From the NCBI RefSeq assembly GCF_009914755.1, contig NC_060931.1: a DNA stretch of 64,000 nucleotides, one strand, 5' to 3'. The position numbers and the translations under genes were made by a program. Shown in pieces: positions 13,901 to 26,430 of this stretch; position 1 is the stretch's first letter, and each line of letters begins with the position of its first letter. The notes beneath the pieces are model-generated. The model did no database searches, had not been told where the DNA came from, and saw only the letters and a program-made list of their open reading frames with translations. The DNA is from the human T2T-CHM13v2.0 reference genome, Homo sapiens.

Positions 13901-14989
13901 CATCCTACAGTAAGGTTATAAAGGAAAACAATGACTCCCTAATTAAGGCATATTCTTGACAAAACTTGGACCCAACCCTTAAACCCATGGGCTACTTCAA
14001 GATTACACTCCCATAGTGGTAACTCCGCTCAAGGGGCCTAAGGCACTCCATCCGCCAGGGTGTGCAGCTGCCACACCACTCCCTCTGCATTTGACAAGGA
14101 AATGGAGTGGGGTCTTCCTCCCAGTGTCCTCTCCCCCCAGCACATGGGTGGCTCAAGGCATTTATTTTGCATCTCTGACAGTACTTACTTATGTACAAAT
14201 ATTCAAGATCCAGTTGTCACCAAGGGGGAACACGTTAAAATGCAGATGCCTGGGAGGCCTACTTTTAATTGCTTGGGTTTGGAGTAACACCCAGATGACT
14301 CGCTATTACCAAGCACCGCTGAGTGTTTGACTCACAGACCACACTTTGTGAAAACTTGACTTTGTAAAAAAAAAAAAATTAAAAATAAAAAATCCATCAT
14401 ATTTCCCAGGGACTAAAGAGTAAGCAAAGCAATAAGGACATATATTTAAAATGGAAATATAATACGGAGACCTCCTGTGTATATAAAAGATTATAAAAAT
14501 CAAGTAATGAATTTATATGCTAAGTTACAACAATTCCAAACGACACCATGTGAATAATGCACATACTCACAACATGATCAAAATTAGGAGCAGTCTCAGG
14601 CTAGCTCTGATTTTTGTAACTTCCTTATAGAGTTCAGCCTTGTAAGGGCTGTGATGATGTAAATGTTAACTGTGCCAAGATTCTGCCTCTCCCAGGTGCC
14701 AAGGTCATGCCAGCAGGTAAGGACATATTTAGGCTACACTTTACCTATGCTTAGTCTCTTGAGAGGCAGGGAGCAGGAAGAAAGTGCTCTATTTAGAGAG
14801 ATGTAGACAAGATATGAAGAATTACTCATCTGTAGACAATGAAATAATCAAGTTAAAGAATACACAGCAGTTGAATAACTCTAAATTTACAGAGTGTGTT
14901 CAACAAGCATTTACTGAGTATTTAAAATGGTTGAGCATTTCAGTGTATTTTATTCCTTTGGGGTGCTACTTTCCCTTTTCCTGTGTTTT

Positions 14990-15209
14990 ATTTTTTATTT
15001 TATGTAAAGCAAGGGTCTCACTCTGTTGCCTAGGCTGCAGTGCAGTGGCACAATCATAGCTCACTGCAGCCTCAAACTCCTGAGCTCAAGGAATCCTCCT
15101 GCCTCGGCCTCCCAAGTAGCTAAGACCATAGGTGTTTTCCACCACTCCTGGCAAATTTTTTTCTTTTTAATGTAGAGATGGGATCTCACTATGTTGCCTA
15201 GGCTGGTTC
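14990..15209 (-). mobile_element. AluJ, 5'-truncated
   Basis: Right arm, linker and part of the left arm. Flanked by TTTTCCTGT-like repeats. Confidence 0.88.
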
Positions 15210-15699
15210 TTTTTCCTGTTTTTCTTTCCTTATTATTATTATTTTTTCAAACTGAGGATGTCTGATATTGCCTCCAGTTCTCTTGGTGTGGTTTTATCTC
15301 TAAGCCAAGCCCCCTCTAGGAGCCCTCACTGGGTAGATCTCCATTTTGTCTACAAACATCAGCTTCCTGTATTCCCTGACCCTCTCCCTCTCCTGTCATT
15401 GTGTTCAGAGCATAGAGAAAAACTATGAGGTTCCTCTTCTAAAATGTAAGACTCCCAGTGTGGGTCCTCTGGCCCTAAATTAAACCCCTCTCCATTCTGG
15501 CATTGGGAGGCCTTCCTCACCCAAAGATTTCCTACCTGAAGACCCAACCAAAGCCAGCCAGTTCCAAGTCGTGCTCAGGTACATAGATTTATACAGAGAG
15601 AAAAGTAGTAGAGGTAAAATCTAAATGCTAATATTTGTATACCCAAGAAAAGGAATTCAACACCTACTGAGTAGAGAAAACCTACCAGCTACTTGGCAA

Positions 15700-16500
15700 C
15701 ATAATATGAGATGTCATTCTAAATTTAGAAAACATCCAAAATATATGAAGAACACCAATACCATAAAAGAGAAAAACCGATAAAAAGAACACATTCCAAT
15801 AGAAACAGAGATAATTCAGTAAACAGAGGATAATGTCATACAAAAAAATTAGGAAACTATAAAATGTTAGAGGACAAGAACAAACTTGTAGACATTAAAT
15901 ATGCCTTTACTGAAGTAAAATATTCTGTAGAAGAGTTTGTAGATAATGCTGATGAAATTTCTTAGAAAATAAAGCAATGAGGGAAGTAAAGGTAACTAGA
16001 AAGAAAAAACAGAGACAAGTCAATGTTAAGAGTTACAACATGGAGGGTCCAGAAATGGAAAACAAAGAAAAACGGGGGGTGAAAATCAAAAGAAAAGAAA
16101 GGCAAATTTCCCACAGCTAAAGAGAGAACTGAGGCTTCAGAGTAAAAAAGCTGCTGACAACCAGAGCAAAGGAAGAGGAGAAACACTTGGATTCACATTT
16201 GTAAAATTTCCTGCACTAAGGATAAAGAGGTCTTATACACTTCTAGAGAGGGAAAATGCTTTCTACATATTAGGAAGAATCGCAACAGCATAGGAATCCT
16301 GAACACCAGAAAACAACAGATTAATGCGTAAAAGCTCTGAGGAAAAATGGATTGAACCTAGAATTGTATACTCAGCAAAACTATTAATCAAGTGGGAAGG
16401 CAAACTAAAATGTGTCAGAAACACAGGGACTTAGAAAGTGTAATTTTCATGTACCTATGTTTGGAAGAATTTACTTGAAAATATGTGCTAAGGAAAGAAA
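15700..16500 (+). mobile_element. Old L1M/HAL1 fragment, ORF1 region
   Basis: A-rich strand. 16356-16410 translates to PRIVYSAKLLIKWEGKLK, resembling the L1 ORF1 C-terminal PRILYPAKLSF motif. Confidence 0.7.
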
Positions 16501-19210
16501 GAGAGAAAAGAAAGAAAGCAAGATGAATCCAAGGAGTATAATAAACAGTGGCACTAATCCAGGAGTTTGGTTTGTGTTAATTTTAGGATAGCAGTTGTAT
16601 TAGCAGATCTGAAAAACAATAGTTCCAAAGAGTAAGTCATAGCATTTTAAAGGAGAAATTTTAAATGTATATAGTTAAGATGCTGGATGGTTAAAGATAC
16701 AGTGACAAAAGCGTATGTTAGTTTCCATCAACAAGAAAATAAAAAGTTCAGCTCCATAAAAAGCAAAGCTGTGGGTCAAGTGTGAGGGAATCGTAAATGG
16801 GGCATGATGCTGAGCAAGGGATGTGGGGTAAGTGAATGTTTTCTTTTGCATGGCATAGAGGTAATGCCATTGGACCTACAAAGAAGGAATGTACTCCTAA
16901 CACGTTACTTGGCTCTTCTGTGAAGGAAATATTTATAAACAAGTACCAGTCAGGTTTCAGTGTGGAAAAAACACTGAATAGTCTTTTAAGGAGAATGAAT
17001 TTTATGGCAGGGGATGAGGTACTTACATAATCATCGAAGGGGCTGAAGGGTGAAGATTACGGCACCGCCAGTAGGATCTTTGGTCCCACTTTTACAATTT
17101 GGACTTAGAGGTTTGGCAGCTTCAACTGTCTCCTAGGGAAGAAAGCTGCAGGAAATCCTCACAGAAGTCACAAGGCACTCTGCTGGCCCTGGGGCAGGGA
17201 CTGGCAGGGGACATAGAATCTAGCTAGCTGGCTGCCGCAAACACTCATGTTTCTGCACTCCAGGTGTGCCTGCTGCTATCTCTGCCTGGGAAAGAATAAC
17301 TTCACTCCCGCTCTGGCTTCTAACATTTATCGAAGTGCATCTCATTGGATGACTCTTAAATTGATTCTAGAACCCTCTAGCTACAATATTATAATCTATA
17401 CTTAAGGGACTGGAATACCTTTATTTTGTGAGAAAAATACACTGAGCTATCAAGGTAGAAAATAAATTTGCTAAATACAGAGGGATTTGCAAAACTGCAG
17501 ATCTTAAGGTAGGATGTGAACTTACACATAACATGGCCAAGCAAAATGTAGTAATAGGAGCACCATTTTGGATGGCTCCAAGAAGTGATTCCAGAAGTGG
17601 AATCACAATCCAGAAGTGAATTAGGGAATTGGGTACAACTGATTGGTGAACATCTGGTTGCTGGTAAAAACAGCCTTAGTAAATGGCTGAAGGAAAAGGC
17701 CCTTATGCTTTGATGAGGAAATGTGGTTTGAGGCGTCCCGCTCCTACAAGAGTGGGCAGAGTTTAGAACAGATTAAGGATATATGTGGAGTACCTATAAG
17801 CAAAATCCCCTATTAAAGATAATAGTAAATTTGTTTTCAATTTTTAGAATGGACCTATAGGCAAAATATGGAAGACATAAATAGTAGCCTTAGTACAAAG
17901 CATAAATATTAACAACGTTTAAAGTAAATGCAATAACAAAATATTTAAATATACTATTAACATATAGGAGTGTAATTAACTAAAACACAACCAAAAATGA
18001 TAATTCTATTTCTTAGAGCAGAGTGAATAGATAACACCTTGAATACTTAAGAAATTATGCTGTAGGTATATTCTTTTGAGTAGAAGAGATAACCAGTATG
18101 AGAAATAAAAACAGAAACAGAAGTAGGAAGTGGTGGGAGTGGGTGGGTAGAGGTTGGGCTCAATATTTTTGCTTTTCATTTTAAGATCCTTTTATAGTGC
18201 TTGATTTTTTTAACCATACACATGTATTGTTTTAATAAAAAAATTAAAAAGGCTGTTCTTTTTTTTAATCACAATCTTCAAGTAAGGATATTGCTCATAG
18301 CAAAAAAAAATTCAAGGAAATTTACCTCTTTAGTGATATTCATACTCTGAAGGATTATCAAAACTACTTCATTCTATTTGAATTAAAGTTACTAAGATTT
18401 TGTTTTTCATTAGTGTTGGAAATGATTCTCACTAGTTGCTGTATCTACCTTTTGCATCATGCTATGGGGCCCCTCACCTGTGGCAGGTGAGTCACTGTCA
18501 GTGATGTGCTGTTGCTGAGCTCTGCCTCTCCTGCTGTTTGTTTTCAGGAAGACATGCATGAATAGGACTTGTAACTCTATTTCAAGCAAAGGGGATAGGA
18601 CCAAGATCCCAATGTGCCCAATCATAGCAGATATCATCTGAAGGCATCTGGGGAAGGAAGTTTAATGGGGAATCACTAGTTGAAATATGTGTGCCTGAAT
18701 TGTCTTAATAGCAAGCGTGTATTAATTCATAAAAAGAGTTAAATAATAATGCAGAGAAAAGTAGCAAAAGGATGTATATGCCCACATCTATGCTAATATG
18801 ATGTACTTAATTTTGTTTTCCGTTTAAGTAAGACAGCTTTGGTTGATTTTTGCCTTCTCTATTCCAAGCAAGTAAAGCTACTGGGATCCATGAAACTAAG
18901 CTAAACGGAAAAGACTCTCTTTCTCAAAGCACACAACAAAGAAAAGTTCCAAGTCCGAATAAGTTTAGGAAATGCTGGTTAAACATATCTAAATAAGCTT
19001 CTTTACTGCAGGTTTACTCAGGAGGGGCACTGTGAATATCTAAGACTGATAACATTTAGGTAGAGTAGTGGGTATTTCAGAAAATAATTGAAAAAGGAAA
19101 ATTATGTTTTAGTAAAAATGGGTTTAGTCATATTGTGCAGGAAGGATTCAAGATGCAAGGAAAAGTAAATGTAATGAACGCAGTGATAAGACCATTGTAC
19201 CGATCCCTGG

Positions 19211-19460
19211 TGATATAGTTTGGATATGCATCCCAGTCCAAGTCTCATGTTGAATTGTAATCCCCAGTATTGGAGGTGGGACCTGGTGGGAGGAGGTTGG
19301 ATTATGGGAGTGAATTTCTCATGAATGGTTTAGCACCGTCTCCTTGGTGCTGTCCTCATGATAGTTTGTGACTTCTCATGAGATCTGGCTGTTTAAAAGT
19401 GTGTGGCACCTCGCTTGCTCTCTCTCTTGCTCTTGCTTTTGCCATACGATGTACCTGCTC
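19211..19460 (+). mobile_element. MST-family (MSTA-like) MaLR LTR, 5' part only
   Basis: TGATATAGTTTGGAT...CTCATGTTGAATTGTAATCCCCAGT...GAGATCTGGCTGTTTAAAAGTGTGTGGCACC. Stops abruptly. Confidence 0.88.
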
Positions 19461-19535
19461 ACTCACCTCCTGCGGAGCAGCTGGTTTCTAACAGGCTATG
19501 GACCAGTACCAGTAACATGGGGTTAGGGATCCCAG
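19461..19535 (+). mobile_element. MER1 (hAT-Charlie) terminal fragment
   Basis: CTCACCTCCTGC...TTCTAACAGGCTATGGACCAGTACCAGT...GGGGTTAGGGATCCCAG resembles the MER1A/B end. Confidence 0.7.
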
Positions 19536-21174
19536 CTTTTTGGCACACTTTGATCAACTTTGATGATTTTTTGTTTTTAATTGCTGTACAAAATCTTAAT
19601 CTGTTGGTTATTACCTATATAAATGATTGCCAAACAACTACTTGATATGTAGAAAACAAAGCATGCTACTAGATAAAGACCTTATATATTTACTTCATTT
19701 ATCTATAAGAATAAAATACTATATAATTAATATTCTAATATTGGGAAGTAGTCTAATCTCTTGATCTATCTATTTATTTTATTTCTTTTTTAGTATACTG
19801 ACAATTTAAGGCAGATTCTAGATTGACTCAATGCGTGTGATCCAGTTAACTGAATGCAATTTTGGTATCAATTCTCCAAGCAAAAATTTCTTGATTTGTA
19901 AAAATAAAAAGTAGCTATTTGTAGCAACACTAGTTATTCTAAAGCTGCTTTCCTTGATCACTGATTTCAGGAACAGAAATATAAGAACTGTAACAATCTA
20001 GCTAGAATTTAGGCAAATGCATTTGTAACACTAGTAAGAGATAAAAGTTGTTATCTTTTAGACAAGAAACAGCTGATGTTATCTAGTCTAGACAGGACTT
20101 CCTTTTAGTTAATTGGAAGCTTTGTGGCAGGAACTCAGGCAAGCCATAGGAAAGAAAGAATAGGAACACACAAAGGAAATATGAAGATAAGAAACTTTTT
20201 CATAATATAATAGCTTTGTTCTCTTCTCAGTTTTTTAATCTGACAAATTCCACATAGAGTGCAGAGCTTTCTTTACCATTTGAAGTACAACTTTAAAGAA
20301 AAGGCATAGCCTGATAGGCTAATATTTACTGGATTATTTCAGTAGATGAGGCTGCAGTGGTGGTTTGGTATTGTGTGGACATTAGATGATGGAAACTTGC
20401 TTGTAACAGATGCTCTCTTATCAGAGACATATACAGGTTATTAGTGGAGACTTTTAGTCCCAGAATGTCCTAGTGCATGTTTAAGTGTTTATCGAAATAC
20501 ACATGACTGTTCATTGACTTTCCCCTGAGATTATTATGGGGAAAAAAGGCTTGGTATGCCTGAATCTCATTTAAACTCATTGTTTCAAGTTTTACTTTAA
20601 AAAAGACATTTTCCAGGAGTGCTAAAATTATTGATATGAAGCATTTTCCACTTTCTTTCTTTAATGATTTAACTTTTTTAATTTTTTCATTTCACAAGAA
20701 ATCCATGATATTTTGTTGGCTATTGTATAAAATACAGAACAATCAAAACAAGTAAAAAGAAAAGGTAAAATCTGAAATTTAACTATTATTGTTACTCTAC
20801 TATCCAGGTGGAAAAAGAAACATTGTAATCTTTTGGCTTGTAATACCCACATTTTATTTCTAAGTAAACACACACAAACATAAATGGCAGGATACTTGGC
20901 CATTATTATCTTTTTTATTCTCTGCCATATGAATCAGGAAAAAAAAGTAAAGGACTACCTCTTGTGCATCCCATGATGTAGCCACGTGTTGTACTCCAAG
21001 ATTCTTATTTATGACTTTTGTGTTGACTGGCCAGAAGCAAGAGTTTCCAGGTACTCAGAAGATAATCTCCACCTATACTTTTCTTTTTGGAAAAACCTAG
21101 TGTGAGAAAGACACAAGCATACAGTCTTTTGGAAGAAAAATATTTCTTGTAGTTTTTTGTGATTCTTGGTATTT

Positions 21175-21238
21175 TCTTTTTTTCTTCTCCTTCTCCTTTT
21201 CCTTCTCCTTCTTCTTCTTCTTCTGTTGTTGTTGTTGA
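21175..21238. repeat. Compound (TTCTCC)/(TTC)n/(GTT)n low-complexity repeat
   Basis: Visible directly. Confidence 0.9.
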
Positions 21239-21968
21239 TAAGTTATGGGTCATAGGGCAGGTCATGAAGAGCAATTGTCCCAGAGATTGCCAAGAGCTGT
21301 GGCCTTGGGAAATCAATGAAGAATCTCCAGGTGATATAGCAGTTAAGAAGAAATTATTTAGGCAGATAGTGAGGGTAAGGAAGTCCTTGGTAAGGTTTTC
21401 CTTTTAATGAAAAGCAACCCCCAAATCATTTTCTTTTCTAACAAAGAGCAGCCTGTAAAATCGAGCTGCAGATATAGACAAGCAAGCTGGAAGCTTGCAC
21501 TGGTGAATGCAAGCAGCTGTGCCAATAGGAAATGGCGATGTGGGGGCTAGGCCTGTCCAACATGGTGGCTCCATCTTCTCTTTTCCTTGTCAACCACGTG
21601 CACAGTAAGGAGTAGGCAACATGGCATGAGTCAGGTAGAGACCCATTTGCGGAAGAAGATTACGGTGGGGTGGGCAGCTTCTTTGCGCCCTATGTAAACA
21701 TCACACCTGATCCAACCAATCTTTGAGCCCTATGCAAATCAGACACCACCTCCTCAAACCTGTCTATAAAACCCTGTGCACTCCACCACAGGCTGGAAGT
21801 CCCACTCAGGTGCCCTTCTCTGTCTCTTGCAGGAGAGAGAGCTGTTCTTCTTTCTCTTTCTTTTGCCTATTAAACCTCTGCTCTTAACCTCACTCTACCT
21901 ATGTCTGTGTCCTTGATTTCCTTGGCTTGAGGCAATCAACTTTGGGGATTTAACCCAGACAACGACAC

Positions 21969-23237
21969 TGAGAGGTGACAGCGTGCTGGCAGCCCTCGCT
22001 TGCTCTTGGTACCTCCTTGGCCTTGGTGCCCATTCTGGCCACGCTTGAGGAGCCTTTCAGCCCGCTGCTGCACCGAGGGAGCCCCTCTCTGGGCTGGCCA
22101 TGGCTGGAGCTGGCTCCCTCTGCTTGCGGAGAGGTGTGGAGGGAGAGGAGCTGGCGGGAACCAGGGCAGCGCACAGTGCTCGCAGGCCAGTGCGAGTTCC
22201 AGGTGGGTGCGGGCTCAGCGGGCCCTGCACTCAGAGCAGCTGGCCGGCGCCACCGGCCCCTGGCAGTGAGGGGCTTAGCACCCAGGCCAGCAGCTGTGGA
22301 GGGTGCGCTGGGTCCCCCAGCAGTGCTGGCCCACCCGCGCTGTGCTTGAATTCTCTCCAGGCCTCAGCTGCTTCCCTGCAGGGCAGGGCTCGGGACCTGC
22401 AGCCCACCATGCCCGAGCCTCCCCACTGCTGTGGGCTCCTGTGGGCCCGGGCCTCCCCGACAAGCACTGCCCCCTGCTCTGCAGTGCCCGGTCCCATCAA
22501 CTGCCCAAGGGCTGAGGAGTATGGGTGCATGGCACGGGACTGGTGGGCAGCTCCGTCTGCGGCCCCAGTGCGGGATCCACTAGGTGAAGCCAGCTGGGCT
22601 CCTGAGTCTAGTGGAGACTTGGAGAAACTTTATGTCTAGCTAAGGGATTGTAAATACACCAGTCAGCACTCTGTGTCTACCTCAAGGTTTGTAAATGCAC
22701 CAGTCAGCACCCTGTGTCTAGCTCAAGGTTTGTAAATGCACCAATCAGCACTCTGTATCTAGCTAAACTGGTAGGGACTTGGAGAACTTTTATGTCTAGC
22801 TCAGGGATTGTAAATGCACCAATCAGCACCCTGTCAAAACAGACCAATCAGCTCTCTGTAAAATGGACCAATCAGCAGGATGTGGGTGGGGCCAGATAAG
22901 GTAATAAAAGCAGGCTGCCTGACCCAGCAGTGGCAACCCGTTGGGGTCCCCTTGCACAGTGTGGGAGCTTTGTTCTTTTGCTCTTTGCAGTACATCTTGC
23001 TGCTGCTTACTCTTTGGGTCCACACTGCGGTAATACTCACCACGAAGGTCTGCGGCTTCACTCCTGAAGCCAGTGAGACCACAAACCCACCAGAAGGAAG
23101 AAACTCCAAACATCTCTGAACATCAGAAGGAACAAACTCCGGACACACCATCTTTTAGAACTGTAACACTCACTGTGAGGGTCCGTGGCTTCATTCTTGA
23201 AGTTAGTGAGACCAAGAACCCACCAATTCCAGACACA
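21969..23237 (+). mobile_element. LTR12C/D-type (ERV9) solo LTR
   Basis: Begins TGAGAGGTGACAGCGTGCTGGCAGCCCTC, has a GC-rich U3 and tandem CCAAT repeats, ends CCAATTCCAGACACA. Exact TSD ACAC at 21965-21968 and 23238-23241. Confidence 0.95.
22640..22930 (+). promoter_or_regulatory. ERV9 LTR enhancer/promoter module (NF-Y CCAAT boxes, GATA site, AATAAAA TATA-like box)
   Basis: CCAAT at 22741, 22819, 22844 and 22868; AGATAA at 22894; AATAAAA at 22903. Activity not demonstrated. Confidence 0.55.
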
Positions 23238-23492
23238 ACACCACTTCACAGGTGACAGATTGGCAAGGAAGCTGTGGCACTATGCAAATTCTAGTGAGTG
23301 TCCATGAAAACAGGCAGTGAGAGTGTCAGTGGTGTCAAATGTGGACTGGGGTAGGGGCCTCTCTCCAAATGTTCTAAGTTGTGTGATTCTTCCAAAACAC
23401 TCCATGGAAGTTTCCCTCTTTACATATGATAGAATTTCCTGACAACCAAGTAGATGTGGTTTTTTGGTAGATGTGTCTGATTTAGATAAAGA

Positions 23493-24503
23493 TGAACAAC
23501 ATGGCCTTAATGTCCCCTCAGGTGGACTAAACTTGAGACAGGTTTCCTCCTGACTGTGGGCCCCTGACCTTGTTTTTCTTAGAGAATATACATTAGAAAA
23601 CTTGCAAATTCTAAATTTCTACCTTTCTGAGATGTAAATCTACAGTTGGGAATGTCCTTCTTACAGATCTAGGAACCATTCCTTTGAAATGTAATGATCA
23701 AGAAAGATAAGACCCCTCTTTCCCAGTCTATGGGAAGGTAAAGTTTAACTTTGTTAAGCACAATTAGCAAACACAGGTGACCTGATCACATTGACCAGCT
23801 TCCCCTACCCCTAAACTTACTCTAGCTCACCCTAGGACTTAAAAACTCTCTGGAGTTGAGCTCTGTAAACCAAAAAGTGACATAGGCAGATCTGAGTCAA
23901 TTAGAGGTTTATTTTGCCAAGGTTGAGAATCAGCCGGGGAAAAACACAAATCACAGGAGCATCTGTGATCTGTGCTTTTTCCAAAAAGGGTTTTGAGAAC
24001 TTCAGTATTAAAGGGGAAAGAGCAGGCAGGAGGGGAAGGAAGAATGAAAACAGAAGTCAGAGTAGGCAGTGAGGCAAGTGGCTACATTCTTGTGAGGCTT
24101 TGATTTGTTTCAGTAAATCTACATTTTACAGGGGGAAAGAGGGAGTAGAGGAAAAAGTCAGATTATGCATTCTGTCTCAGACAGGAAATCTCCATTTTAC
24201 ATGAAATAAAGTGAACATGTGAAAAGAGGGAGTAGAGAAAATGAGGCTATGACACAGGGAGTTGCACATGGGGTTGTGAAATTACAGCTATCTGTTTGGG
24301 AACAAAAGGAAGACAGTTTGGTGACTCAGTTCCCGAGCTTAACTTTCCCTGTGGCATAGTGAGTTTGAGGTCCTAGATTCTATTTTTCTTTTACAGTTCA
24401 ACCTCTCTTCCCTATTGAAGTCTTGACCCTTAATGCAATAGCCTTGAATAAAGTCTTCCTTACCATTTTCAATAAGCATCTGGTACAATTTTTCTCTTTA
24501 ACA
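23493..24503 (+). mobile_element. MER67/MER31-like (ERV1) LTR, interrupted
   Basis: TAAACTTGAGACAGG...CCCCTGACC...TTTGAAATGTAATGATCAAGAAAGATA and 3' end GAATAAAGTCTTCCTTACC...TTTAACA. 5' boundary uncertain. Confidence 0.7.
23864..24395 (-). mobile_element. MER4-group (ERV1) solo LTR nested in the MER67-like LTR
   Basis: Reverse strand reads TGTAAAAGAAAAATAGAATCTAGGACCTCAAACTCACTATGCC...GTTAAGCT, related to the 8873 LTR. TSD GCTC/GTTC. Confidence 0.82.
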
Positions 24504-25269
24504 ACAAAAAGTGGCATTACTTGCAGCAGAGTATTATTAAATATAGTCTCTCTTTTTGTTTTTTCCCCCATTGCTCCCTCTGGATAATTAGCTGAGATAT
24601 TCATTCTGATCTTGTTTTCCTGTTGTAAGAGACGTGAAAGATTATTCGATTCCTTAAATCTGGAGGAACAGCCAGGCCTCTGTTCCAGTCTTCCCTTGCC
24701 TGAGGTGAAATTAACTATTTTCAGTGTTTCTGAAACCTTCCCGATAAGGCTCCCCACCAACGCTTTTGTTTACAGATTCTGGGAAACTACGAGAGAAAAG
24801 GCAGAAATATCCTGGGATGGGAGCTGGGAGGAGTCTGTTGCTGAGTGAAAGGGCCTGATTGGCCAGGTACTTGACAATGATTTTGGCTTTAGGTGTGGAA
24901 GCCACAGAGAGAAGTTCCATGCTCACGTTTGGCAGAAAAGGAATGAAGCTATGGACCTCTGGGTGGAGGGCTTGATGTATAGGCAGGGTGGATAGACTCT
25001 CAGAGGCCCTTTTTCTATTTTTCTTTCTCCTATTTTATTTTCTCATTTCCTTACATAGAAAAATAAGTTATATAGAAAAACTCATTCCTCCAAGAATGTA
25101 GGATACAATTTTTTTAAAGACATTCTATGTTGTAACTAGTTTACTAGTTAAGACTAATAATCAAAGATATGAAAGTTAAACTGTGAGATAACTTACTACA
25201 TGTATCAGAATGGCAATAACTAATATTTGTGAGAATATATTTAAATCATAATATGCTTGTGAATGTCTA

Positions 25270-25470
25270 GCCAAAAAATGGACAATGTTGGATCTTAGGC
25301 AAGTTGCTTAGGTACCCTAAGTCCCTGAGTCTCCATTTCTTTATCCATAAAAATGGGAAAAAATGTGTGTACTCCCATAGTGGTTTTGTTTTATTATTAT
25401 TAAATGAGCTCCAGATAAGCTACTAAAACAGTACCTATTACATAAAAATATCAACCAATAGTAGTAGCTC
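25270..25470 (+). mobile_element. MIR SINE
   Basis: CTTAGGCAAGTTGCTTA...CTCCATTTCTTTATCCATAAAAATGGG core. Confidence 0.6.
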
Positions 25471-26430
25471 TAATAATATTACTTTATTTTAATCTTTAAA
25501 GTGATTAGATTTAAGAAGAGTCTCCGTAGAAATGTATGTGTTTATCTAAGTGAACTTGGCAAGTCCCAACCTCTCTTAAGCTCGATTTTCTTATTTATAA
25601 AAACACTAAATGTATTTCCTTGTCTCACATGGTAGTTGCTGCTCTTGTGAAATAATCAAGTATAATCATATATGCAAGAAGCAGTTTTGCAAGGGAGCAT
25701 ATTATTATTGTTATTGCCATTCTTTACTATTTAACTGCTTATTAAAACCTCCATTAAAAAAAGGTAAAGGACAACAAAATAGACAAAGTTCCAGAAAAAT
25801 TAGTTGGAAAGAAAAAAGTAAATTCATAAATGCTCTTTAATAGATCTAGTCAGATATACATAAGATTAGAAATGGAAACTTTTCATAATATAAAAAAGTG
25901 AAAGAAGTAAATACCTTGGAAAGGAAAAAATTACATATTGAATTTTAAATAATCTCATCAAAATATAAAAAAGCATTGTAAAAGATAAGTCATCTTGTAC
26001 ACCCTCCAAATATGAATACCTTTTATTTATGCACTGTGATTTTAAAATTTGTTATTTGGAATCATCTGGTAAATCACAACTGTCATAAATATATCATCAA
26101 CTAATATTTGAGCTTGTCCATCATCATGGAGGGTACATGTCAGGCATTGTAAGAAATGAGTAATGATGACAAAAAAACAAAAGAGTAATGCATCTATCTA
26201 AAGGAGGTTATATTTTCAAAAACTCTTGTCAGTTTTAGAGTGAATTTGATTGGCCTGACATAGGTTTAGAATAGACATAATAGTAGATTGGAGTCATTGA
26301 TGATCAGACATTATTTAGTTTTATAATGATAGTAAATTGTTAGGTTAGGTTTTTTTTTTTAGTGACAGATGACATTTTGACTTTACTTTCTTATCTGTAT
26401 TATAATATTTGTGAGAAATCACTACCCTAC

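Larger units (their letters stand above)
21332..23248 (+). mobile_element. LTR9-like (ERV1) solo LTR, split near its 3' end by LTR12 (pieces 21332-21968 and 23242-23248)
   Basis: Begins TGATATAGCAGTTAAGAAGAAATTATTTAGGCAGATAGTGAGGG and ends ...CACTTCA. Exact TSD CAGG at 21328-21331 and 23249-23252. Confidence 0.85.

Noticed and set aside
16940-17760. Possible old LTR relics (also 49870-50200)
   Set aside because: The composition suggests decayed ERVL/MaLR sequence, but I could not fix the termini or family well enough to list them.
18130-18160. G-quadruplex (GGGAGTGGGTGGGTAGAGGTTGGG)
   Set aside because: The last loop exceeds the canonical length and such motifs are common, with no supporting context.
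21990-22620. CpG-island promoter of a host gene
   Set aside because: The GC-rich stretch lies entirely within LTR12 U3, and many CpGs appear decayed to TG/CA.
22640-22880. CRISPR-like or novel repeat array (also 44820-45020)
   Set aside because: These are the intrinsic tandem CCAAT-containing repeats of the ERV9 LTR U3. There are no unique spacers or cas genes, and the DNA is primate.
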